A stretch of 64,000 nucleotides of DNA from Nitrosopumilus sp. (GTDB lineage Archaea; Thermoproteota; Nitrososphaeria; Nitrososphaerales; Nitrosopumilaceae): contig OZ250186.1 of NCBI GenBank assembly GCA_965238275.1, positions 384,001-448,000 of the forward strand, written 5' to 3'. A program made the translations under genes and the position numbers. Under the pieces are notes generated by a model. The model ran no database searches and was not told the DNA's origin. It saw only the letters and a program-made list of their open reading frames with translations. Below are positions 10,635 to 20,632 of this stretch, piece after piece; the stretch's first letter is position 1, and every line of letters starts with the position of its first letter.

Positions 10635-11354
10635 ATGAACAAATCATGGGCAATTATCGCAGTAGCGGTGATAGTTGGAGCAATTGCAACATATGCAGTG
10701 GCGCCCTACTTTACCGAATCAACTGTGGATGAGGCACTGCCTGAAGGAGCCATCATTCCAAAGCCAACCGAGACGGAGATGATGGACAAAGACGAGATGA
10801 CGATGGATGACTCAAAGACGATGGATGACGCAGACAAGGTGGAGATGATAGACCTGAGTGAGATGAGCATGGATGATCTGAAGGCCATAAGCGAAGAAAA
10901 GGGAATAGGCATTGAGGAGCTGGAGGCATTGAGCGTGCCAGACGACACCAAGGACGAGGCCACCATGAGCGACCTGGAAGTGGAAGGTATGACAGAAACG
11001 CAGATGGCCGAGATGGAGATGGCAGCTGCCACGCATTATGCAGGAATGTTCGTAGGGGTCAACGACGGAATCCACAATGCCAACGGCGACGCGTATGCAA
11101 TACCGCTAGAAGACGGAAGCACCATACTGAGGCTGGAGAATTTTGCAGCCACCAACGGACCTGACCTGCACATCTACCTGGCAACGGACAAGAGGGCCAC
11201 AGACTATATCGATCTGGGAAAGCTCAAGGCAAATAAGGGAAACCAGAACTATGGCATACCCGAAGGCACCGATCTTGAGACATACAGCAACGTCCTGATC
11301 TGGTGCGAGCCGTTCAGGGTTCTGTTCGGAAGCGCCGAATTGTCACCCCAGTAA
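10635..11354 (+). CDS. Membrane-anchored DM13 domain protein with Met/Asp/Glu-rich linker
   Basis: N-terminal TM helix; C-terminal LRLENF..NGPDLHIYL..LGKLKANKGNQNY..VLIWC DM13 signature. Confidence 0.87.
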   Translation: MNKSWAIIAVAVIVGAIATYAVAPYFTESTVDEALPEGAIIPKPTETEMMDKDEMTMDDSKTMDDADKVEMIDLSEMSMDDLKAISEEKGIGIEELEALSVPDDTKDEATMSDLEVEGMTETQMAEMEMAAATHYAGMFVGVNDGIHNANGDAYAIPLEDGSTILRLENFAATNGPDLHIYLATDKRATDYIDLGKLKANKGNQNYGIPEGTDLETYSNVLIWCEPFRVLFGSAELSPQ

Positions 11355-11441
11355 TGGGCACCAAGTGTTTTTTATTATTCAAACAAACCACGGGAAATTC
11401 CCGGCAACCTTGCGTGAATCGATCATGTCAGAAGCCGTGGG

Positions 11442-11834
11442 TTGCCTGCCGCAAACACAGGTGCTACGTCATGTTCTATGGGTCATATCACAATGCTCTT
11501 TACAGATTGGATGGAAAGGATGCCATGTCGTCACCCCAAACTGTGGTTTGCCACCCTTGCGATTACCGGCATCATATCCTCCAACATAGTGGTTGGCATA
11601 CTCTACAACCTTCCGTTGGCCGGAGCAGGGTGTATCAATCTGGCGGCAGCCACTGTTATGGGGACAGTCTTTGTGGCAACTGTGATAATCATGCGCAGGA
11701 AGGGCATGCTGAGGTGGTGGCATGTCGCGCTGGTGGTGGCAGTCGGAGCGGCACTGTTTCCCGGCCAAGCCCCGTCCATCGGATGGCTGTGCATCACGGG
11801 GCCTTATGCCCCGCCAGGGATCCTGCTCGATTGA
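11442..11834 (+). CDS. Hypothetical small membrane protein (3 hydrophobic segments)
   Basis: ORF with three TM-like stretches filling the gap between genes; start uncertain and no family recognised. Confidence 0.45.
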   Translation: MPAANTGATSCSMGHITMLFTDWMERMPCRHPKLWFATLAITGIISSNIVVGILYNLPLAGAGCINLAAATVMGTVFVATVIIMRRKGMLRWWHVALVVAVGAALFPGQAPSIGWLCITGPYAPPGILLD

Positions 11835-12005
11835 TGTCTCTCCCTCCCCCACCGTCATGGGCATAACCTGCACGGGTGCCAGATACAGAATCAGAAGCTT
11901 GCACCAAACAGTGCATGCCCTGACATGTTCCCACCAAGGCAAGCTGATAACACCATTAGACCTGTTTTTTTTATTTTAATTCCCCCATGGGGCATCCCTG
12001 GACAC

Positions 12006-12966
12006 TCAGGCTGTCTCATGCGGCCTTACAAAGACCTTCATGGCATCAGGCCGCCTTGCGTGTTCTACTGCCTCGGAGAATCTCTCCAGCGGAAAGGTGG
12101 AATCAATCACGGACTCGACGGATATTATTCCGGATGCAAGCGCCTCGATTGCAGGCCTGAACAGGCCGCATCTGGAGCCTACGATAGTCACCTCGTTTAT
12201 CATGGCAGGGGTAAGATCCGGATTCCCCCTTGATGCGACGGTGGACTTTAGTATTATGGTACCCCTTGGCCGTACGAGTCTCATGGTGTCGGCAAACCCG
12301 GAGTTGCTCCCGGAGGACTCCACCGCCAGATCATACTGCTGTTCATCAGGGGAGTCTATCCCGATCTTGGTCGTTATTCCGAATTTTTCCAGCCGGGCAA
12401 GCTTGCTTTTGTGCCTTCCAAAGCACGAGACGTGCGGGCAGGCAAGCCTGAGGACTTGGGAGATCAGATGTGCAAGCCTGCCATCGCCTATTACTGCAAC
12501 ATTCCATTCGGGTTTCAGGCGGATCTGCTCTGTAATCTCAAATGCTGCAGCCAGCGGCTCTACAAATACTGCCTGCTCGTCACTTATCGAGTCGGGGATG
12601 GGGTACAGGTTCCTTTCAGGGAGTGAGAGGAGTTCTGCAAAGGCACCGTCCCGCCCCAGTATTCCAAGGGCTGTCCTGTCAGGACAGTGCCTTGCCATTC
12701 CCCGGGCACAGTACCCACATGTATCGCATCCGGCATTAATCTCGCCTACAACCCTCCTTCCGATCATCTCAGGATTCTCAGATTTCAGGACTGTTCCTAA
12801 ACTCATGGCCCATAATGCCTCGGTATCCCATGTAGCCGTCAAGAATCTCTAGGTCGGTTCCGCAGATTCCTGCCAGATCGACCCTGACAAGTGACTCTCC
12901 GGGTTTTGGATCCGGATAGTTCTCATCCATGACTGCATGCCTCCCATCAAAGCAGATGGCTCTCAT
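12006..12966 (-). pseudogene. Zinc-dependent alcohol dehydrogenase (MDR family), frameshifted near 12797
   Basis: MRAICFDG...GICGTDLE...GHEF is in one frame; GTVLKS..GEINAGCDTCGYC..C..EPLAAA..GDGRL continues in another. About 2 nt are missing after GHEF (pseudogene or sequence error). Confidence 0.8.
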
Positions 12967-13054
12967 GGTACGGCTGTATTCATGCCGGGTTTTAAAATAA
13001 CTGATTTGGGACGGACATTGCCACACACATGCATGATGCCATATTAATAATCGA

Positions 13055-13495
13055 ATGGATTTCAGAGACCAAATGAGTTACCGGTTTTTGGATCATGCAA
13101 CGGATGCAATCGTTGAGGTGGACGCAAAGGATCTCAAGGAGGCCTTTGCAGTAGCTGCCCGTGCAGTCATAGACTTGACCATTGACCAGGATACGGTGGT
13201 AGAGAAGGGCCAAAGGCAGTTTTCGGCAGCCGGCAAGGATCTGCACTATCTTCTGTTCAGCTGGCTTGAGGAGATCGTGTTTGTGCTTATTACGGAGGGG
13301 TTTGCAATAGCCAGGCTGGAGTTTGACCTGAAAGAGGGGACGGATGGCAACCACAGGATACACGCAAGGGCGTACGGCGAACCGCTTGACCTCCGCAGGC
13401 ACAACTTCAAAGTGGAGATAAAGGCACCCACGTTTTACGACATGCAGATCAGCGAGAATGACGGGATCCGCATGAGATTCCTGCTTGACTTGTAA
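13055..13495 (+). CDS. Archease
   Basis: YRFLDHATD, LLFSWLEE, EIKAPTFY, FLLDL motifs. Confidence 0.93.
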   Translation: MDFRDQMSYRFLDHATDAIVEVDAKDLKEAFAVAARAVIDLTIDQDTVVEKGQRQFSAAGKDLHYLLFSWLEEIVFVLITEGFAIARLEFDLKEGTDGNHRIHARAYGEPLDLRRHNFKVEIKAPTFYDMQISENDGIRMRFLLDL

Positions 13496-13563
13496 ATAAT
13501 TATTAGCAATGTAATGGAACAAAATACACATCTTTTTTAAAAGTCAGATAATACAGAACTAGT

Positions 13564-15087
13564 ATGATGCAGACGATGGCAGTAATTGCAGTCATTTCGC
13601 TGGTAGTTATTGCGATCATCCCTGCATATGCACAGGTTACCTCACCTGCACCGTTTGTCGACTCGGCAGAGGATCCCCAGTACTACGTGGACAGGTACAA
13701 CAACGAGCCAAGCTACAAGGCGTGGTTTGACGAGAACTATTCAGAGTACACCTCAATATACCAGGCAGTGGGACTAGATGAGCCCAAGGGGTTGGCACCG
13801 TTTGTAGACCCCGCAGAGGATCCCCAGGGCTACGTGGACAGGTACAACAACGAGCCAAGCTACAAGGCGTGGTTTGACGAGAACTATTCAGAGTACACCT
13901 CAATATACCAGGCAGTGGGACTAGATGAGCCCGGGGTAAGCCAGGATACACCAGATGATTCCCAGAGAACCTCAGATGATTCCCAGAGAACCTCAGATGA
14001 TTCCCAGAGAACCTCAGATGGGGGCCCTGTGATTCCTGCTCCGTTTGTTGATGAAACAAGGGATCCTCAGAGCTACGTGAATAGGTACAACGACGAGCCA
14101 AGCTACAAGGAGTGGTTTGACAAGACACATTCAGAGTACATCTCAATATATCAGGCAGTGGGACTAGATGAGCCCAGAGATGTGGCATCGTTTGTAGACC
14201 CCGCAGAGGATCCCCAGTACTACATAGACAGGTACAACAACGAGCCAGACTACAAGGAGTGGTTTGACAGGACGTATCCTGACATTACAATCCATGAGGC
14301 AGTGGGTGTTGATCCACCCAAGGAGTTGGCACCGTTTGTAGACCCCGCAGAGGATCCCCAGTACTATGTGGACAGGTACAACAACGAGCCAGACTACAAG
14401 GAGTGGTTTGACAGGACGTATCCTGACATTACAATCCAGGATGCAGTAGGCGTTGATCCACCCAAGGAGTTGGCACCGTTTGTAGACCCCGCAGAGGATC
14501 CCCAGTACTACATAGACAGGTACAACAACGAGCCAGACTACAAGGAGTGGTTTGACAGGACGTATCCTGACATTACAATCTATGATGCAGTAGGCCTTGA
14601 TGAGCCAGGAACAGAAGTGCCGGAGAAGGTATCAGAGGGATGCGGTGATGGGACGGAACTTGTAGATGGCCAATGCGTGGCCATACCCGGTAACGGTGGC
14701 GGATGCCTGATTGCGACAGCAGCATACGGATCCGAGATGGCGCCACAGGTCCAGGTTCTCAGGGAGGTTCGTGACGGCCAGCTGATGGATACCGCGTCAG
14801 GTGCATCATTCATGACAGGGTTCAACCAAATATACTATTCATTCTCGCCATCCGTTGCAGACTATCAGAGGGAGAATCCTGCATTCAGGGAGATAGTCAG
14901 AGTCGGAATAACCCCGCTGCTGTCAACGCTGTCAATCATGGAACACGCAGATACCGAGGCAGAGATCCTGGGGTATGGAATTGGCGTGATCCTGCTTAAC
15001 CTTGGAATATACGTTGCAGCACCGGCAATCCTGCTGTTCTTCGGTATAAGAAGGGCCGGACGAACCCTTGTCAAGACTGCAAGATAG
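13564..15087 (+). CDS. Secreted repeat protein with CFI-box-CTERM domain
   Basis: Signal peptide; six ~47-50 aa repeats (APFVDPAEDPQYYVDRYNNEPxYKxWFD); C-terminal GGGCLIATAAYGSEMAPQVQ..LRE.RD + TM. Confidence 0.9.
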   Translation: MMQTMAVIAVISLVVIAIIPAYAQVTSPAPFVDSAEDPQYYVDRYNNEPSYKAWFDENYSEYTSIYQAVGLDEPKGLAPFVDPAEDPQGYVDRYNNEPSYKAWFDENYSEYTSIYQAVGLDEPGVSQDTPDDSQRTSDDSQRTSDDSQRTSDGGPVIPAPFVDETRDPQSYVNRYNDEPSYKEWFDKTHSEYISIYQAVGLDEPRDVASFVDPAEDPQYYIDRYNNEPDYKEWFDRTYPDITIHEAVGVDPPKELAPFVDPAEDPQYYVDRYNNEPDYKEWFDRTYPDITIQDAVGVDPPKELAPFVDPAEDPQYYIDRYNNEPDYKEWFDRTYPDITIYDAVGLDEPGTEVPEKVSEGCGDGTELVDGQCVAIPGNGGGCLIATAAYGSEMAPQVQVLREVRDGQLMDTASGASFMTGFNQIYYSFSPSVADYQRENPAFREIVRVGITPLLSTLSIMEHADTEAEILGYGIGVILLNLGIYVAAPAILLFFGIRRAGRTLVKTAR

Positions 15088-15125
15088 CACCATCCTGTTT
15101 TCAAATAGATTTTTTAGTAGAGCCG

Positions 15126-15542
15126 ATGCCAGTACGCCTGTTGTCCGAAGATCCAGAGATAGAGAGGATAAAGCAGAGAAGACTTGAAGAGATGCTGAGG
15201 CAGCAGGACAGGCCGCCAGTGGAATCCGGAATAACAGACCTGAACGACTCCAACTTTGACCAGACAATATCAGCAGAGAACCCCACACTGGTGGACTTTT
15301 GGGCAGAGTGGTGCGGGCCGTGCAAGATGATGCATCCCGTCTTTGAGAGCCTGGACAGAAAGTATCCGAAGGTAAGGTTTGCAAGGGTGAACGTGGATGC
15401 GAGCCAGGGAATCGCCATGAGGTTTGGCGTCCAATCCATTCCGACATTCATCATGTTCAGGTCGGGGCGCATAGTGGACAAGATGATGGGCGCAGTGGGT
15501 GCCCCGGGAATTCACATGATCTGCAAAAAGCACTCCGGCTGA
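15126..15542 (+). CDS. trxA: Thioredoxin
   Basis: VDFWAEWCGPCK, VQSIPT motifs. Confidence 0.95.
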   Translation: MPVRLLSEDPEIERIKQRRLEEMLRQQDRPPVESGITDLNDSNFDQTISAENPTLVDFWAEWCGPCKMMHPVFESLDRKYPKVRFARVNVDASQGIAMRFGVQSIPTFIMFRSGRIVDKMMGAVGAPGIHMICKKHSG

Positions 15543-15575
15543 CCCGCCGGATCCTGCCGCAGAATATGCCTGTCT

Positions 15576-17357
15576 TTAGTATGCGTATGCAGCGTCCCGC
15601 GACCGCTGAATCTCTACAATCGTGTTTAGCGTCTTTTGCTCTTCGGGGTTCAGCCTGTGCATGTACCTGGCAAGGAGCATCTTGGCCTCGTGTGAGCGAG
15701 GCAGGGTATAGTATGTGTCATCCTCAAAGAGATGTCTGCCGATTACGGCATTCTGGACAGAGCATGCAACCTCGTCGCCCTTTCTTGCCGAATCCACAGT
15801 CTTGCCGTCCAGCTGAAGCTGGTGGACGGTTCCTACCATTCTGCCGCGTTTGTCCATGAACGAGACCTTCTGCCGCAGCACCCCGGTATCTATGGTTATT
15901 CCAAAGACTGCAGGGCTGCTGTTTCTAAAGACGAATCCCTTCATGAACGTAAACTGCGAGATCGGCGTGAGTTCTGCAAATATGGCGTCGTCCTCGTGTG
16001 CAGTGTCCTCCTCTACCCACGCGTTGTAGCCGTCAACCAGGCTGTAGATTATCCTGTCCTCAAATATTCTGATGTGGGACTCCTCTGATGCCTCCCTTGC
16101 ATCGGGCAGGACGCGCACGTTGAATGCCAGGACCACCCCCAGATGCCGGTCCTTCTCCTTGACGGTTCCTGCATCCACGACGTCGCGGCGGTTTACGGAG
16201 CCGATATCGGCCTTTGCAATGGGGACCTGCGAGCGCCTGAGCATCTCGACTACGGCCTCAAGGGAGCCGATCGTATCGCACTTGACCACCACCCCATTGC
16301 TCATGGTGTCGACAAATACGGTGCTCATCTCAGACTCGATCAGTTTAGTATATCTTTTGATGTCGTTCTGGTCTGATGCGACATAAAGCGTGCTGCCCGG
16401 GAGGACCCCCTCCAGGTCCGGCGATGCTATCTTGAGGCAGGCGGCAGCGCCCACCTCGGACACCGACATGAACTTGTCCCTCGGATCCCGCATCTCGTCA
16501 AGCGGCTTTGGCAGGAGCAGCGCCTTTGGCTTTGCCACCACCACCGAATCCCTCCTTGCCACCACGATCCTGTCCTCCTTTCGTATGGTTCCGTCAACCA
16601 GAATTATGTTGGCAGTCTGTCCGAGGCCCGTCTCGTCATTTACCTCAAGGACTATTCCGCGCGGATCCTTCTTTTCCTGGTCCAGCCGCTTCTGCAGGTA
16701 CTGCTGGGTCAGCCCCACAAGCACGCTGAGAAGTTCCGGGATGCCGACATCAGAGCGAGCCGAGATCGGCACGATTGCGACCTCTGACTTGAAGTCCTTG
16801 ACCCGGTAGAACACCTCGGACTTGTAGCCCAGTATGGACAGGGTCCCCACCACGTCATAGAGCTTTTGTTCAAGATCCGTCTGGACTGACGCGTCCTGCT
16901 CCTTTATTGCCTGTGAGATGAACCGGGACTCTGACTTTCGCCATCCGGAGATCTGATCGCACTTGTTCAGGGCCACCACAAACGGAACCTTCCTGCTCTG
17001 GAGTATCCTCAGGCTTTCGTTTGTCTGAGGCTGGAACCCGCGGTTGACATCGACTACCAATATCGCAATGTCAGCAGCCGAGCCGCCCCGTGACCGGAGG
17101 TTTGTAAAGACCTCGTGGCCGGGAGTGTCAATTACCAGTATTCCGGGAATCCTGTTGCCTGCGTGCTCCAGCCTTTCGTACAGGCGGCCGCACGTATCCC
17201 GGATGGTATCAACGGGAAGAAAGCTTGCGCCTATGTGCTGTGTGATGCCGCCTGCCTCCCGTCCCTGGACGCCCGTTCCGCGAATCCGGTCCAGAAGGGA
17301 TGTCTTGCCAGAGTCTACATGACCTAGAACTGCCACTATTGGCTGTCTGATGTGCAA
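15576..17357 (-). CDS. infB: Translation initiation factor 2 (aIF5B)
   Basis: GHVDSGKT, EAGGITQHIGA, DTPGHE, NKCD motifs. Confidence 0.97.
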   Translation of the reverse strand: MHIRQPIVAVLGHVDSGKTSLLDRIRGTGVQGREAGGITQHIGASFLPVDTIRDTCGRLYERLEHAGNRIPGILVIDTPGHEVFTNLRSRGGSAADIAILVVDVNRGFQPQTNESLRILQSRKVPFVVALNKCDQISGWRKSESRFISQAIKEQDASVQTDLEQKLYDVVGTLSILGYKSEVFYRVKDFKSEVAIVPISARSDVGIPELLSVLVGLTQQYLQKRLDQEKKDPRGIVLEVNDETGLGQTANIILVDGTIRKEDRIVVARRDSVVVAKPKALLLPKPLDEMRDPRDKFMSVSEVGAAACLKIASPDLEGVLPGSTLYVASDQNDIKRYTKLIESEMSTVFVDTMSNGVVVKCDTIGSLEAVVEMLRRSQVPIAKADIGSVNRRDVVDAGTVKEKDRHLGVVLAFNVRVLPDAREASEESHIRIFEDRIIYSLVDGYNAWVEEDTAHEDDAIFAELTPISQFTFMKGFVFRNSSPAVFGITIDTGVLRQKVSFMDKRGRMVGTVHQLQLDGKTVDSARKGDEVACSVQNAVIGRHLFEDDTYYTLPRSHEAKMLLARYMHRLNPEEQKTLNTIVEIQRSRDAAYAY

Positions 17358-17363
17358 GACAGA

Positions 17364-17765
17364 TCACGCAAACGCTACCCTCGATTCGTGATCAAAGCTT
17401 GCCTGTGAATCTGATGCGTGGATTATGTTTTCACTGAATCCCAGTCCAAAGTCGCCCCTGACGGAGCCGGGTGCGGCCTCTGCAGAATTTGTAGCACCGA
17501 TAATCTTCCTGGCTGCTGCAACTGCGCAGTTGCCCTCGATGACTGCTGCCACCACCGGCCCTGACGTGATGAATGATGTAAGCTCTCCAAAGAAGGGCTT
17601 GTCCTTGTGGACGTTGTAGAATTCCTCTGCCTGCTCCATGCTAAAGGTAAGCATCCTTAGTTTTAGAATATGGAACCCCTTCTCCTCAAACCTGGATATG
17701 ATGCGGCCCACCAGATTCCGTGCCACGGCATCAGGCTTTACGATGAACAGTGTCTGTTCAGTCAA
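17364..17765 (-). CDS. ndk: Nucleoside diphosphate kinase
   Basis: IVKPDAV, TSGPVVA, PGSVRGDFG, NIIHASD motifs; TTG start at 17765 avoids overlap with rpl24e. Confidence 0.95.
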   Translation of the reverse strand: MTEQTLFIVKPDAVARNLVGRIISRFEEKGFHILKLRMLTFSMEQAEEFYNVHKDKPFFGELTSFITSGPVVAAVIEGNCAVAAARKIIGATNSAEAAPGSVRGDFGLGFSENIIHASDSQASFDHESRVAFA

Positions 17766-17767
17766 GG

Positions 17768-17968
17768 TTACTTTCTCCTGATTCCGCCCTTGACGTACTT
17801 GTTGGTCCACTTTAGCTTTCTTGGATCGCGCTTGAGTTCAAGTGCGTTCTTTTTGCATTTGGCAGAGCAGTACCACAGGACAGAGCCGTCGTTTTTGGCA
17901 AACATGGTGCCTGAACCCTTGGCTATTGGCTTGTTGCAGAAATTACACGGTTTGACTAAGAGACTCAT
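17768..17968 (-). CDS. rpl24e: 50S ribosomal protein L24e
   Basis: CNFC..GSG..CSAKC..PRKLKWT motifs. Confidence 0.96.
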   Translation of the reverse strand: MSLLVKPCNFCNKPIAKGSGTMFAKNDGSVLWYCSAKCKKNALELKRDPRKLKWTNKYVKGGIRRK

Positions 17969-17978
17969 GCATACCCAC

Positions 17979-18191
17979 CTACTTTATCTTCTTGGCTTCC
18001 CTCTCAGTCTCCCTGAGCATCAGGATCTCCCCTATCCTGACAGAACCCTTTACGTTTCTTGTGAGAATTCGTCCCCGGTCCTTGCCGGTAAGAATCTTGA
18101 CGCGAACCTGGATCACCTCGCCTGCAATGCCGGTACGCCCGACAATCTGAATTATCTCGGATTGGACTACCTCGTCAGTTGTGGTGCTCAT
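17979..18191 (-). CDS. rps28e: 30S ribosomal protein S28e
   Basis: [23 protein letters not shown] motifs. Confidence 0.96.
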   Translation of the reverse strand: MSTTTDEVVQSEIIQIVGRTGIAGEVIQVRVKILTGKDRGRILTRNVKGSVRIGEILMLRETEREAKKIK

Positions 18192-18574
18192 TAGTCAGTC
18201 TTGCCGCCCTTAATCTTAGAAATTGATGAGACAACCTGGTCTACAATGTGTTGTGCATCACCGGCATCCAAAATTGCAGCCGCAGCAGAAGTAATGTCAA
18301 TGCCCAGCGACTTGCCGAGCTCCTGTTTGCTTGGGACGAATGCAAATGCTGCATTCTGCTCCTCGCACAGAATCGGAAGATGTGCCACAATCTCAGGGGG
18401 TTCTACATCCTCTGCAATGATAATCAGTTTGCTTATGCCGCGCTCTATCGCCTTTGTTGCCTCGTTTGTGCCCTTTCTGACCTTGCCGCTGGTGGATGCG
18501 ACCCTGACTGCCTCCAGAATCGGATTTACCAGATCCTGTGGTGTCTCAAATTTAACATAATACGCTTTTGCCAT
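18191..18574 (-). CDS. rpl7ae: 50S ribosomal protein L7Ae
   Basis: [27 protein letters not shown] motifs. Confidence 0.97.
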   Translation of the reverse strand: MAKAYYVKFETPQDLVNPILEAVRVASTSGKVRKGTNEATKAIERGISKLIIIAEDVEPPEIVAHLPILCEEQNAAFAFVPSKQELGKSLGIDITSAAAAILDAGDAQHIVDQVVSSISKIKGGKTD

Positions 18575-18641
18575 CTTCTTGATCCTTTTGCTTGGTTTTA
18601 AAAGTGTTAGCTGGTACCTTGTGGATGGGCAGTTATGGACG

Positions 18642-18815
18642 AAAAAAGCAAAGATCTATTACAAGTCCTCCCGATGGCCTTCTGCCGTCATTGTGTGAAC
18701 TCGCACCCGCTGACGTGCGGAGCCTTTAGATTCGGCCGACGGTAACTTGGCAATTCGGATAATCCCATTCGCCAGAGACCTTTGCACTCATAACATAATC
18801 AAAGGCTAATCTATC
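18642..18815 (-). ncRNA. Candidate structured non-coding RNA (unclassified)
   Basis: TATA-like AAATATAAAAG upstream (18839-18849), T-run at the 3' end, several long complementary segments, no convincing ORF. Confidence 0.5.
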
Positions 18816-19005
18816 GCATCACCACCTTGTGTCATACTCTTTTATATTTTTTGAGTATTTAGCAAACGCGTATACACTGCAAGACAGTGCACGCGTATCA
18901 ACTGTACAATTCCATACTTTTCTGATCGTGATCTCAGGGTCACAACTGTTTGGCTTGCCTGGTTTGCAGCATCGTATGGTAATGTCCGGAAACCGGATTG
19001 GACGA

Positions 19006-20361
19006 CTAGCCAGAATGCGCACTGAGAATCGAGTTTATTTTTCCGGTGTACTCTGACATTATTTCATCCAGCCTGTCCTGGCTTTTGGCCTCGGCATATA
19101 TCCGGACTATGGGTTCTGTGCCGCTGGGCCGAATCATAACCCACTCCTGGGGATCCAGCAGTATTCTGATGCCGTCAGTCGTATCAGAGTCTGGAAACTC
19201 CTCATTCAGTGCAGAGATGAGTCCCGGGACGTCCTGTGCCGGACACAAAACCTTGTCCTTGGTGGTAAAGGACGGGGGCAGTTCCAGCACTTCTTCAGAC
19301 AGGCTTCTCTTGGACGCTGCCAGGACATCAAGCATCAGTGCCAGCGTCATGCAGCCGTCCCGGACCTGGTTGTGCGGCCCGTACATGAATCCGCCGTTCT
19401 CCTCAAAGCCGATAAGCGCGCCTGTCTGAACCATCATCCGCGACACCTCCACGCTTCCGACCTTGGTGCGGATCACCTTGGAGCCGGACTGAGCAGCAAG
19501 CGACTCTATGCCGGAGCCTGAGTTCAGGCAGGTTACTGCAAGGGAGTCTGGGGCGTTTCCAAGGATATGTCTTGCAAGGACAAGCGCGGAGCTGTCGCCG
19601 GTCAGTACTTTTCCATGCTCGTCGCAGAATATGCTTCGGTCCCCGTCACCGTCAAAGGCGATTCCCAGATCCGCGTGATTATTCATGACTGCCTCGGAGA
19701 GATCCGAGAGGTTCTGCGGCGTCGGCTCCGAGCCCCGTCCTGGGAAGTTTCCGTCAATGTTTTCATTTACAAGGTACACCCTGCACCCGAGCATTTGGCA
19801 CAGGTCCGGCGCAGACACGGCCTGCGCGCCGTTTCCGAGATCCAGCACCACGCCAAACCCCCTGGACCGGATGCCCTCAGAATTAATCCGGGATGCAATC
19901 CCGTCAAGGTATGCCTTTGTTGCGCGCTTTTCCGTACTAGTCTCCCCCCACGCGGCAGGCTTGCCCCATTCCTTCTGCAGGTACATCCCCTCTACTGCAA
20001 TCTCGTCACTCCGGGATATCTCCACCCCGTCAGGCGCCACAGGCTTGATGCCGTTGTATTCTGGCGGGTTGTGCGAGGCTGTAATCATTATTCCCCCAGA
20101 GTATCCCAGGGATCTTACTGCGTACTCTAGGCACGGGGTCGGGACGATTCCTGCCACGCTGCAGTCGACTCCGATGGAGTTTAGCGCAGAGCAGACCATC
20201 TTGCACAGTACGGGTCCTGACTCCCGTCCGTCATAACCCACCAGTACCGGGCCCCTTCCAAAGAACGTCCCTAATGCAAGTGTCATGTCATGGACAAACT
20301 CCAGTGTGAGGTCCTGTCCAAACACCCCCCGAATGCCGTTTGTCCCAAAGAATCTTGCCAT
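19006..20361 (-). CDS. glmM: Phosphoglucosamine mutase / phosphomannomutase family
   Basis: FGTNGIRG, ITASHNP, DGDGDR, GFEENGG, RPSGTEP motifs. Confidence 0.9.
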   Translation of the reverse strand: MARFFGTNGIRGVFGQDLTLEFVHDMTLALGTFFGRGPVLVGYDGRESGPVLCKMVCSALNSIGVDCSVAGIVPTPCLEYAVRSLGYSGGIMITASHNPPEYNGIKPVAPDGVEISRSDEIAVEGMYLQKEWGKPAAWGETSTEKRATKAYLDGIASRINSEGIRSRGFGVVLDLGNGAQAVSAPDLCQMLGCRVYLVNENIDGNFPGRGSEPTPQNLSDLSEAVMNNHADLGIAFDGDGDRSIFCDEHGKVLTGDSSALVLARHILGNAPDSLAVTCLNSGSGIESLAAQSGSKVIRTKVGSVEVSRMMVQTGALIGFEENGGFMYGPHNQVRDGCMTLALMLDVLAASKRSLSEEVLELPPSFTTKDKVLCPAQDVPGLISALNEEFPDSDTTDGIRILLDPQEWVMIRPSGTEPIVRIYAEAKSQDRLDEIMSEYTGKINSILSAHSG

Positions 20362-20506
20362 AATACCACCCGTGCACTTGATGAATTTGTGGGTATCTGT
20401 CTGTGCGTCATCAGGATAACAGGCACCCATACCATTCCGGCAGGGCACATCCGCCGGACCACACGGAGCTGGATAGGTTAAATTTATGCCCTGCCGTACA
20501 CCGTGT

Positions 20507-20591
20507 GCGGGAGTTGCCCAGCCCGGTCAAAGGCGTAGGGTTTAGGTCCCTATCTCTCAGGAGTTCGTGGGTTCAAATCCCGCCTCCCGCA
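20507..20591 (+). tRNA. tRNA-Leu(TAG)
   Basis: GCGGGAG/CTCCCGC acceptor stem, TAGGG-TTTAGGT-CCCTA anticodon arm, variable arm, GGTTCAAATCC. Confidence 0.94.
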
Positions 20592-20632
20592 CTCTCTAAA
20601 TGATTAATAAAAGACATGCAGGGCACAGAGTC

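Noticed and set aside
13650-14600. Regularly spaced DNA repeats resembling CRISPR
   Set aside because: They are in-frame protein domain repeats inside the CFI-box-CTERM gene.
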